Of a stretch of DNA of 64,000 nt, positions 54,079 to 64,000 are shown piece by piece. The notes below the pieces were generated by a model that was not told the origin of the DNA, did not search any database, and was given only the letters and a program-made list of their open reading frames with translations. The position numbers and the translations under genes were made by a program. How positions within the stretch are numbered: the first letter of the stretch is position 1; every line of letters starts with the position of its first letter. Origin of the DNA: Eledone cirrhosa (taxonomy: Eukaryota); NCBI GenBank assembly GCA_964016885.1, contig OZ024748.1:28024001-28088000 (forward strand). The letters are read 5' to 3'.

Positions 54079-57000
54079 ATGGATGTGTTAAGAGTAGGAT
54101 GTTTGAATGCACGTGGCCTGGGCTCAACTTGGAAGCAAGCAAAGCTTCTAAATGATCTCATGTCACGTGGTATAAATGTAATGGTTATCTGTGAGACTCG
54201 GATCAGCGTCGTGCGGCAGCTGGCCCCTACATTCGATGACTTTGAGGTGCACGCATCTCTCTGTCAACCTGGAGGTGGGGGTGGGGTTGTCGTACTGCTG
54301 GAAAAAACACCTGGGTCTCGCCGTACAGGTTGTTCACTCGGGCCCGGAAGGTCGTTTGTTGGTGCTAGACGTTGGCAGTAGTGGAGGTGCGGCCTTGAGA
54401 CTGGTCGCCGTCTACTCCCCTTTCGGAGCTGAACGACCCGACTTCTTCCAGCGTCTGGAGACTTTTCTGGGAACGTCGCGTTCCCTGCTTCTAGCGGGGG
54501 ACTGGAATGACATCCTAGATGCACGTTGGGACTATGCAGGAGCATGTCCTAATAGAGGGGGTGTAACAGCCTCAAGGGGTTACTCGACCGTTTTAACTTG
54601 GTCGATAGATATCGACTAGATTTTCCAACTGTGCCAACCTGGACTTGGACGAACCACAGTGGTCAATCTAGATCGTACTTAGATAGATTCTTAGTTAGAA
54701 GTAAGGATATGGACATATTAAGCTGTCCAGAAATGCTCACGGTTGGCTATACAGATCACAAATTAGTGACCTGCGTAGTCAACCTCGAGAGAACACATAG
54801 ACAGGGTCCCGGTTACTGGAAACTTAATTTGTCTTTACCGGCAAAAGAGGCTTACAGAGACCGAATTAGCAGATTAGTTAAGGAGAGGTTGACGGGTGCA
54901 ATCGTCAACAACCGATGGTGGGCATCTCTCAAAAGAGAGATTAGAACAGAATCAATAAGTTATAGCAAGATGTTAGCTGCCGATAGGAATAGGAACGAGA
55001 AAAAATTAACAGGTAAATTAGAAGAGGCAATCAAGAGCGAAGATGTGGCCAGAGTGCTGGCATCGAGGACGGCCTTGAGCCAGTTTTTCGATGCAAAGCA
55101 CGAAGGCTGCGTCAGTCGAAGTAAAATACGTGCTCTAGGTAATGAGGGGGCCAAAGCCGTTGGCTGGGCCCGCGTGACAGAAGCTAAGAGTGGAAATCGA
55201 TCCACCATCCGGTCTTTGCAAGACGAAGATGGACGGGTGATCCGGGAGCCTAAGAAGATGTGCGAGGCCTTTCAAAGGCACTTTGCCCGATTGTTCGGGG
55301 GAGGGGAGGGTCCGGGCGGGGACGTGGATTTCGGTCGATACCTCGACGGCCTGCCGCGTCTCTCAAGGGAAGAGGCAGAGTCCTGCGAGGGACCAATCTC
55401 GGCTGATTAGCTCGGGGATGCGCTGAGCCAATGCAGCAGACGCAAATCTCCAGGTCTTGATGGTATACCTTACGAACTTTATTTAGCAATGCCGGTCTTC
55501 TTCTCCGAACTCCTCGAAGCAGTCTACTGCAATTGGCAGCAGAACGGGAGAATTCCTTGTTCTGTAGCCAAGGGCGTAGTCTCGCCGGTGAGGAAGGACG
55601 AGAACAAGGGGGATAGTATAAATAATTTTCGGCCCATAACCTTGCTAAACACAGAGTTAAAGATTTTGGCCAAGGTGTTAGCAAAGAGGTTGGCGCTTGT
55701 CGTGGGTGGCCTGGTGGGAGATGCGCAGACATGTGCTATCCCATCCAGGTCCATTCACGATAACCTCCACCTCATGCGATACATCATAGAGAGGGTTGGC
55801 AACAAACCCGGCTTCGGTGGGGCCCTGATCAACTTGGATCAGTCTAAGGCGTCCGATAGGGTCGACCATGGTTACCTGGATGTGGTGCTAGCGGCGGCTG
55901 GGTTCGATCCTGTTTTCAGAGGCTGGATCACTGCCTTACATAGCAACCACATCTGTTCTAGGATCAAGGTGAACGGCTACCTTTCGAAGCCGTTCGAAAT
56001 CACACGATCCATTCGACAGGAGTGCCCTCTCTCCTCCCTTCTGTACGTATTGACTCTCGAGCCTTTACTGAGGAAGTTGGAGTTGTTGCAGAGTATCCCC
56101 CTGGAACCAGGATTGAGCAAAGCGGTGTCGGCCTACGCCGATGACGTAACAGTAATGGTATCGACCGACTCGGAGATCGAGGCGATCGGTACCTTACTGG
56201 AGGAATACGAAAGGTTGTCAGGAGCGAAACTGAACCGGGAAAAATCCATCGAGCTGCAACTCGGAACGTGGAGAGGCAGACCGATGCGGACACTGGACGG
56301 AGGGCCCGGTGAAGTTGCTTGGGGTCTGGTTTGGACCGGACCTCCAGGTGGAAAGGAACTGGGGCGAGATTACGAGCAAGGTGTTTGCATGACCCAGAAA
56401 TGGGCAAAGTGTAAGCTGTCCCTGAAAGGTCGGGCGGAGGTGGCGAACATTTACATAGCGTCTGTCACCTACTACCGCCTGACTGTCGTGCCTTGCCCTA
56501 AGGAAACACTCACCACCATGGAACGCATGCTCTTTCAATTTCTTTGGAAAAAGCACCCTCCTATGTTGAGAAGATCCATCTGCTGCCAACAACCTTCGAA
56601 AGGAGGGCTGGGGATGCCGTGGTTGATGATGCATAGGCACGCATTAAGGCTACGGCACCTACAGGTATTCCTCACTGGTCAACCGGTGTGGGCTCCGTTC
56701 GTGAGACGAGCCTTTCCGAGACTCGTCTCGCTCACCGAGCTGCAGTCCTGGGTCAAGCAAAGATCCGGAAAACTGGGCGACTGGCACACTGAGTGTGCCC
56801 AGGCGCTCAGGGCTCTCTGGCAAGCGGACCCGGCCATCGGTGGAGAATCCACCTCGTCATTCTATAGAGGGCTGGTGGCTAGCAGGGGCGATGACACCCT
56901 TGGAGAGTCGCTGGACATGGAAAAGGACGAACTGGCCAGCCTGTTCGATAGGACTTTCGGCCCGGGACCAATGGACAACTTCCAGAAGTCACTGGCCTGG

Positions 57001-57498
57001 CAGTGCTACCGGGGGGCTCTACCCGTTCGAGAAAAGCTCTACAGACACGGGCGCCCGGGCAGGGATCCCTCGAAAAAGATTTGCCCTAGATGCGTGCGTC
57101 ACGAAGAAACCGTTGCGCACGCATTGGTGCAATGTCCGGGCGTGGCTGATCTGTGGGGCTACGCCGAACGACTGCTATCGCGTGTGGCGCCGATTCGATT
57201 GACCGCTGAGTCCGTGATGACAATCAAGCCGCCTCCCCTCTTCACAAAGGAAGCAAAGGCGGTTTTTCTGTGCGTAATAGCCATGTTGAAAGAGGTTGTT
57301 TGGTGGACACGATTGAAAGGTCTGAGGTCAGGCAACTTCCTCTCTGGCCATAGTCTGGTCTACTTCTTCCGATATCACTTCGGAAGAAGGATAAGAATGG
57401 AGAGAGAGGTTCTTGGCCACAGGCAGTTTTATGAAAAGTGGGTGATAGTGGCGAGAATGGCTCGTGTAAATGGGCCTTCTCTGTATACCATCCTGTAG
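54079..57498 (+). pseudogene. ORF2 (APE endonuclease + RT + C-terminal zinc knuckle) of the Tx1-type LINE
   Basis: LNARGL, GDWN, SYLDRF, TDH, GPGYWKLN, NFRPITLLNTELKILAKVLA, SAYADDV, GGLGMP, CPRC..EETVAHALVQC; several frameshifts and stops. Confidence 0.9.
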
Positions 57499-57811
57499 GT
57501 AAAGAAGTGAAGGAGAGGTGAGCACCTTCTCCATGTGCTCCCCGGGCAAAGGATTGCACACTTTTTCGGGGGGGGTGTGCAACCCCCATCACGTCCCCTC
57601 CCTTTTGATGTTGTTTTTGATTATTTTCATTTTATACCCTTTTTACTCGGTTTTATGTAATCTCCCCCTTTGTATTTGTCCCTTCTTTTTATGCCTTTAT
57701 GGTAAATAAAGAAATCTATCTATATATCGATTTATGTATATCTAATATATATATATCTTCGGACAAGAACAACAATAACAACAACAAAGCACGAATTCCA
57801 ATGGCAGTCCG

Positions 57812-57890
57812 AAGATAGATAGATAGATGGATAGACAGATAGATGGATTGATGGATTGATGTATTGATGTATGGGTGGGTGGATGGATAG

Positions 57891-57961
<71 letters not shown>

Positions 57962-57992
57962 TATGGGTGGATGGATGGATGGATGGATAGAT

Positions 57993-58023
<31 letters not shown>

Positions 58024-58058
58024 TGTATGGGTGGATGGATGGATGAATGGATGGATAG

Positions 58059-58144
<86 letters not shown>
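57812..58144. repeat. (GATA)n/(GGAT)n/(GA)n compound microsatellite
   Basis: Direct observation. Confidence 0.9.
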
Positions 58145-58146
<2 letters not shown>

Positions 58147-58411
58147 CAAACTCATTGTAGTTTACTGGTTTCATAATGATTAAAGTAAATTATCATAATT
58201 GATTAAAATCAATGTAAAATGAAATGCGGCAATGGTTGAAGTGTCAAGAGGGAGAAGGTCAAGGATAATCGAGGATTCAAGTACGTTTACATAGAATGTT
58301 GTAATCCCTTGTAAACCCGCGTGAAGGAGGATACGGTGAGGTTCCTTCTCGTCCCTCTCACCGTATGGCAGTGTTGGTGGTCTTGTTCACGCCAGTCACT
58401 AATCTGGTACT

Positions 58412-58788
58412 ATGGACAGATCACAGCTCCGATACTATGGACATATAGTTAGAATGTCTCAGAAAAGAATCGCTGGACATATTTTACAGGCAAAATTAAC
58501 CGACAGGAGACCCAAGGACAGAACCCGAGGATAACATCTATAAACTTGGCTGGTCTCGCTAGGGGATCCAGCCGGATCAGTTGGAGGCGGTTGCTTCTAA
58601 AAGGACCCGCTGGAAGGAGTGTTTGAGGACTCTGTCCCCACGACCCTCTCAGGAATAAGTGAGCGGAGAAGAAGAAGAAGAAGAAGAAGAAGAAGAAGAA
58701 GAAGAAGAAGAAGAAGAAGAAGAAGAAGAAGAAGAAGAAGAAGAAGAAGAAGAAGAAGAAGAAGAAGAAGAAGAAGAAGAAGAAGAAG
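58412..58788 (+). mobile_element. 3' fragment of an RTE-clade LINE with a (GAA)n tail
   Basis: Reads MDRSQLRYYGHIVRMSQKRIAGHILQAKLTDRRPK..., then ..LEAVASKRTRWKECLRTLSPRPSQE* (RTE C-terminal LRWxGHVxRM / RxxWR pattern); (GAA)n at about 58667-58788. Confidence 0.8.
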
Positions 58789-59114
58789 CGATGAGTTAAA
58801 AACAACGGCGTTAATAAGAAGGACCACGTGATTAGCGTCCTCCAGAGAGACAGAGGTATGTGGACAATGGCAAGTGAAAAAGCTACTAAATATAGTAGTC
58901 CGATTGTTCCGCTGGTAGCGGCCAACTCAGTTAGGTTACTGTCTTTGAAAATGTTCCCGGACCATTTGAAATTTTCACTGTACAAAATGATGAATTTGCT
59001 CAATAAAACTGCCATAGGAACACTCTGAGTAAATAGGTAAATATGTCTTTATCTTATTTGCGTTTCCCAAATATAATTTGTATATATATATATATGTATA
59101 TGTATATGTAAATA

Positions 59115-59207
<93 letters not shown>

Positions 59208-59241
59208 AGATTTGAATGGATACAGTTTAGTTGAAAGGAAT

Positions 59242-59363
59242 TTATTGACACGTGTTTCTGTAACAGTTACATAACCTGAAAACAGCTGCTATCTACAAAA
59301 GTTTTAGTTATGCAGACATTCAATATTTCAATGTTATTATTTACTGTCATTTCATCAGAATAA
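59242..59363 (-). ncRNA. hammerhead-like motif with extended stem II in the PLE 3' region
   Basis: Reverse complement: TTATT-CTGATGA-aa-TGACAGT...TGCATAAC...GTTATGTA-ACTGTTA-ca-GAAAC-ACGT-GTC-AATAA. Stem I 5 bp, palindromic stem III, GUC site; the base of stem II is mismatched. Confidence 0.55.
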
Positions 59364-60228
59364 TATTATTGAGGACCTATTTGGTTTTTATAGAGAATAT
59401 TAGGAGGGAGGGGTGAAGTTGTTAGAAGAATAGTTGAGGGAGTGGTTTGTTGATAGCAGTGAGAATTTTTTGGTGGCAGTGAGTAATTAGATTCCCATCT
59501 GTTGTTTTGACATTTTTATAGAATATATTATTGGTTATTTTTCTAAATTTATAGAAGGATTAGAGATAGTAAAGATATGCGTGGTTGGTTTTGTGTTTGC
59601 ACTTAATTAACATTCAGACTTAAATTTTTCTTTCAAGTGTACGTATCCTTTCACCCACGCATTCACACACAAATATATTTGCACACCTCTACAAAATACA
59701 TATACTCACATTCACATATTCATACTTACATACATATACACATGCATACATATATATATACACACATGTATTCATGTACATACATACGCGTTCATGTGTA
59801 TACATTTTCATACTCAACTTATCTTTATATACACACGCATAGACACACACATATATACATACATACTCTAGTCTATGTGTACACATATACATATACATAC
59901 ACATCTATACATACATATATATATACACACATATATATATACATATATATATATATAAGCACTTTAATACATGAATACACTTACATCCTACTATACACAT
60001 CAAACATATATATATATATTTACTTATTTATATACATTTTCACATATATATACATACTTATGGACGTTTTTAGACACATTCATTATCGCATATTTGCACC
60101 TATTTTCATCAGCATATCTTTCCATTATTAGTGTGGTAATTTAAGGTTATTAATATATGTTGAGAAGAGATTGTTTTTATATTTTTCTAACTAGAATGAG
60201 GTTTATATAGTTGGGGGATGTCCCTCTT

Positions 60229-62550
60229 TTATGTAATATTCGGCTTGTAGTGGGAAAAAAGGGTTTTAGTTCTGTGACGGCAGAATAATGTTCGTTCAAT
60301 TCTGTTATTCAGCAATTTCTTCTTGTGTGTGATTATGTAATAAATCTCAAGATTACATAATTTGCAGAAATTTTGGCTCCTGGAAAAGCTTTGGATTTTA
60401 GCTAATTTTTCCCATTTTAGAGTAAACTTTTGATCACTATCCCTGAGCGTCCAAGCTTTTTCTGCTAAAGTTGTTACATTTCTTTGGCTCTGGTGTTTTA
60501 TTGAGTAAGAATGCCTATGTAATCGAGATTTGAACGATGTTGCCGTTGATCCCACGTAATACCACTCGTTGCCTCCGGATTTAATGGTACACTTATAAAT
60601 AATATTTTTTTCCAGGCAGTTATTGCCGAGGGGGCAGTTGTCAGGATAGGTGCAGTTACAGTTGTGTACGTTGGGTTTTCTCTGGAGTAGTATTGCAGAC
60701 GAACTTAGGTGTGGTTTATTTATGTTCTGTAGTGTATTGTCTACTGTTTTTTTTGTGTTTTTTGTACTTAAGTTCTTAGTGTTTTCGTTTAACCTTCTAG
60801 TATTGATCTTTTTTATGTGTTGTTCAAGGTTTAACGCTGTAGAGTATGACAGTCTTATAGTGGTTGGGTTTAGGATTTTGTGGTATTTGTGTGATGTAGG
60901 AAAATGTCTGTTAATTATTTTAAAGAAGAGTACTGGTAAATTTGTACTAATGGAACTATTGTATTCGGGGTTATACCATAAGTACTCTTTGCATCGCTTT
61001 CTATTAGTTTTGTTTGTTGGTTTACTGGTGTGCATACTACGGTAGTAAGTGTGGTTTGGTGTTGTGTTATTATATCTACCTATGTGGGATTTATTTTGGG
61101 TGTTTTGATTGTTCCCATCTATATACTCTATTTTGTTGAGGTAGCCTGCTTTACTAAGGGCGTTATCGTAGTACTCGGCGTGTTCCTTAAATACTTGTAT
61201 GTTAGAAGATAGACCCGAGATTCTAAGGGAAATATTTTTAGGGATAGATTTAATTATAGAGATGGGGTGGTTAGATCCAACATTTACATATTTGAGATTT
61301 TCATTCAATTTATGAAACGGTTTAATCAATCCAGAGTTTAAATTGAGTGTGACATCCAGGAAGTTAACTACTTTAAGGTTGTATTCATATGTTATAGTTA
61401 GTCCTATTTCGAGTAGTAGTTTTCTTATATCTTTGCGTAGTTTTTCTAGTTTTTGATTACTTAGGTTTTTAACTAGGAGGAGAACATCGTCGCGGTATAT
61501 TCCGCCGTGGAGATTGCTGAATTTTTCCTGGAGTCTAAAGGCGATAAATAACCCCACAATATCAGTTATTTCCGCCGAATCGTTAGAGCCCATTGTTATG
61601 TCAAAGTTAGAGGGTCTATCTTTATGTACCCAATAACTGTTCTCAAATTTGACTATAGTTTTCCTAGCTTCTAATATAATCTTAATTTCTTCGTTTGTAA
61701 GGTCAGAGTTATCCTTAGCAAACTTAATGGCTCTATTCAAAGTTTCAGGTGATATCGATGAGTAATATTCATCGATATCAAACTGGATACACTTAGATAT
61801 ATTCTTATTGCTAATGCTATTAAACCATCTTATTGCTTCTTGGGTCTTCCCCCAGAGTTTAATGTTAACCTTAGCCCTAATTTGGGGGATGATTCTATCT
61901 AAGATATATTTGCTTATTTTACCTATATCTGATTTAGAGGGGCAGATTAATCTAATTTTAGGGTCATTATCAAAGTTTACCTTATGGTCCTTAAGATTGA
62001 AGGTGGGTACCGCCGGTAAGAGTGGTCCTGTCCTATCTTCGATTCCGAGATTTTTCACTATTTCGCATGCCTCATCATTGATGTGCTTAAGAGTTACTTC
62101 ATTCGTTTTTCTATATTTTTTATGTAATTCTTTTCGAATGAAGTTGTTGTATGTAGTGCAATCCATAGTATACAGGTTTGATGTTTTGTCCGCTTTTACT
62201 ACAATTCCTTTGGTGTTTTTAAGGTCGTCCAGTAGTTTTTTTATATCTTTCTGTAATTTGCGGTTGGTGCTGCGTCCTTTGAATTTAATTTTAAGGATTA
62301 AGTTCATAAGGTCCTGCTCAAATGCATCTAATAGTGGGTTGGTGGGTGGGTTTTTACAAGTCCTAAAACCGAATTTGTTGTTTACACCACTTTCTAATGT
62401 TGAGTTCATACGGCTTCTATCATAGTGGAGCGTTTTCCACCTGACACGTCGAATGAATTCATTAGTTTTTTTAATCATACTCAATAAATATTCCTTTCTA
62501 CCTTGGGTTGGTATGTTTTTGAGTGACATATCCAGGTAGTGTTTTTCCAT
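60229..62550 (-). CDS. Penelope-like reverse transcriptase + GIY-YIG endonuclease (773 aa, uninterrupted)
   Basis: ADKT, FDIDEYYSSI, ITMGS, IYRDD, NFLDVTL, SNHP; linker CNC-x5-CPL-x3-C; GIY-YIG (IIYKC...YYVGST...FKSRL..H); C-terminal CKLC..E...LLN.R.E...CRH. Confidence 0.93.
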   Translation of the reverse strand: MEKHYLDMSLKNIPTQGRKEYLLSMIKKTNEFIRRVRWKTLHYDRSRMNSTLESGVNNKFGFRTCKNPPTNPLLDAFEQDLMNLILKIKFKGRSTNRKLQKDIKKLLDDLKNTKGIVVKADKTSNLYTMDCTTYNNFIRKELHKKYRKTNEVTLKHINDEACEIVKNLGIEDRTGPLLPAVPTFNLKDHKVNFDNDPKIRLICPSKSDIGKISKYILDRIIPQIRAKVNIKLWGKTQEAIRWFNSISNKNISKCIQFDIDEYYSSISPETLNRAIKFAKDNSDLTNEEIKIILEARKTIVKFENSYWVHKDRPSNFDITMGSNDSAEITDIVGLFIAFRLQEKFSNLHGGIYRDDVLLLVKNLSNQKLEKLRKDIRKLLLEIGLTITYEYNLKVVNFLDVTLNLNSGLIKPFHKLNENLKYVNVGSNHPISIIKSIPKNISLRISGLSSNIQVFKEHAEYYDNALSKAGYLNKIEYIDGNNQNTQNKSHIGRYNNTTPNHTYYRSMHTSKPTNKTNRKRCKEYLWYNPEYNSSISTNLPVLFFKIINRHFPTSHKYHKILNPTTIRLSYSTALNLEQHIKKINTRRLNENTKNLSTKNTKKTVDNTLQNINKPHLSSSAILLQRKPNVHNCNCTYPDNCPLGNNCLEKNIIYKCTIKSGGNEWYYVGSTATSFKSRLHRHSYSIKHQSQRNVTTLAEKAWTLRDSDQKFTLKWEKLAKIQSFSRSQNFCKLCNLEIYYIITHKKKLLNNRIERTLFCRHRTKTLFSHYKPNIT

Positions 62551-62700
62551 TGTTGTGGTTGCGTTTGCTGTGTGGGTTGCTCGACTTTACAGGAGGTAAA
62601 TATACAGTATTTTCCGTTGTATTGTAATATAAATATTACACACAGTAGATTGACAGCTCACGTAGAGTTTGCTCGACGGTTCCAGTTGTAGTTCCAAAAG

Positions 62701-62748
<48 letters not shown>

Positions 62749-62978
62749 GTGTGTGTGTGTGTGTGTGTGTATTTTGTTTGACCCGTTTAGCTTGTTCGCT
62801 TTTTTGGCTAAGGTGGTTAATGGCTTCTTAACCATCGTTTCAGTTTGTATGACCATTTTAACTTATGTTTATAGCTGTGGTATCTTCATATCCATGGACC
62901 GTTTGTCTGCGCAATACAGAAGTTGCGTTTCGCCAATTTCTACCCGCCGAAATGCGATTCTCGCTAAATTTATATTTG

Positions 62979-63052
<74 letters not shown>

Positions 63053-63080
63053 GTATGTGTGTATATATATATATATGTAT

Positions 63081-63519
63081 GATGGCTGCCCCCTCGTTAT
63101 CGAGTATGGCCATTGCATGATATACCATTATTAATAATTATTAATTAAGTCTATCGTGCAATGCCTGTGAGGAAAGTGAGGAAAGACTGTGCACTGAGCC
63201 AATCCCTTAGCGACAGTAGCTAAAACCCGAAAAGAAGAAAAGATCAACATCATCGGGAACTACTGAGCCGCAGGTTTTATATCGGAGTTATCCCAGTGTC
63301 CTGAGTTGCCTTCTCCTAGAAGACTGCCCTGACAAAGGCTAGGTGGGTCCTTCACTCCCAGTGGATTAACCACGCGATCGGGTATCCAGCCCGATTATTT
63401 CTATGTCCCCGCGCATATACATACACATGTATACATGTATATACACATATACATATATACACATGCATACATGTATATACATATTTACACATTTTTCGGT
63501 GGCCGTTGACTCTTATGAG

Positions 63520-63521
<2 letters not shown>
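63081..63521 (-). mobile_element. third, more diverged bipartite RTE-derived element
   Basis: Reverse complement shares AAGAGTCAA.GCCA, TAGCCTTTGTCA.GGCAG..TTCTAGGAGAAGG, GATATAA.ACCTGC, GATGTTGA and the 3' TGGCC.TACTCG-NNNN-CGAG..GGCAGCCA with 25398-25853; it lacks the zinc-finger segment. Confidence 0.7.
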
Positions 63522-63569
<48 letters not shown>

Positions 63570-63572
63570 GGG

Positions 63573-63646
<74 letters not shown>

Positions 63647-63677
63647 TATGAAGTATTTCCGTAGGAAGGGTAAAGGA

Positions 63678-63777
<100 letters not shown>

Positions 63778-64000
63778 CGCGCACGTGCGCGCGTGTGTAT
63801 GTAATGAGTGAGTCTGAAAGTATGAATGATTGTGCGATCGTGTGTATAGGGAAACATATATGAGAAAGGAATGAGGGAGTTAAACCTAGTTAAGAACATA
63901 GACAAACCAAACTATTACTAAGATATACATTCATATATGTATGCATATATATGTGTGTGTGTGTGTTTGCAGGTTCATATATATATATGCATTTAAGCTG

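Larger units (their letters stand above)
51922..57713 (+). mobile_element. near full-length Tx1/L1-type LINE (ORF1 + ORF2), decayed
   Basis: 22-bp TSD ATCTATCTA(C/T)ATATCGATTTAT at 51900-51921 and 57714-57735; 5' UTR, ORF1, ORF2 and 3' UTR with AATAAA. Confidence 0.92.
59204..62980 (-). mobile_element. Penelope-like element, Naiad-type, inserted in (TA)n
   Basis: Intact RT+GIY-YIG ORF; (TA)n tracts at about 59081-59203 and 62981-63076; boundaries approximate. Confidence 0.85.

Noticed and set aside
48389-57592. Antisense and alternative-frame ORFs overlapping the Tx1 elements (and likewise the R4-like and PLE ORFs)
   Set aside because: Shadows of the real retroelement reading frames, with no motifs of their own.
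58366-58376. miR-34-like seed TGGCAGTGT
   Set aside because: Only the seed matches; no matching mature sequence or pre-miRNA hairpin.

Overview
Eukaryotic, repeat-dominated window with no confidently identifiable host gene. It is very likely a coleoid cephalopod (octopus) intron or intergenic region; this is inferred from recognising the dominant tRNA-derived SINE and the microsatellite density. Nearly all long ORFs in the track are artefacts of microsatellites and triplet-based minisatellites (24, 42, 15, 42, 21 and 60 bp units). The real coding content is mobile DNA: (1) a 5'-truncated R4/Dong-like RLE non-LTR retrotransposon in (TACA)n; (2) three Tx1/L1-type insertions stacked in (TATC)n; (3) an intact 773-aa Penelope-like (Naiad-type) RT+GIY-YIG ORF in (TA)n; (4) an RTE 3' fragment and three bipartite RTE-derived elements; (5) a Helitron carrying a Pif1 helicase remnant; (6) a hAT MITE and several SINEs. 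The most notable signal is RNA-level: type I hammerhead ribozyme motifs. Two canonical-core copies lie on opposite strands in a young ~900-bp non-coding, (TA)n-embedded A-B/A-B(inverted) element (retrozyme or non-autonomous Penelope-like). A long-stem-II hammerhead-like motif lies downstream of the autonomous Penelope-like ORF. All calls were made by eye; no searches or folding programs were run.
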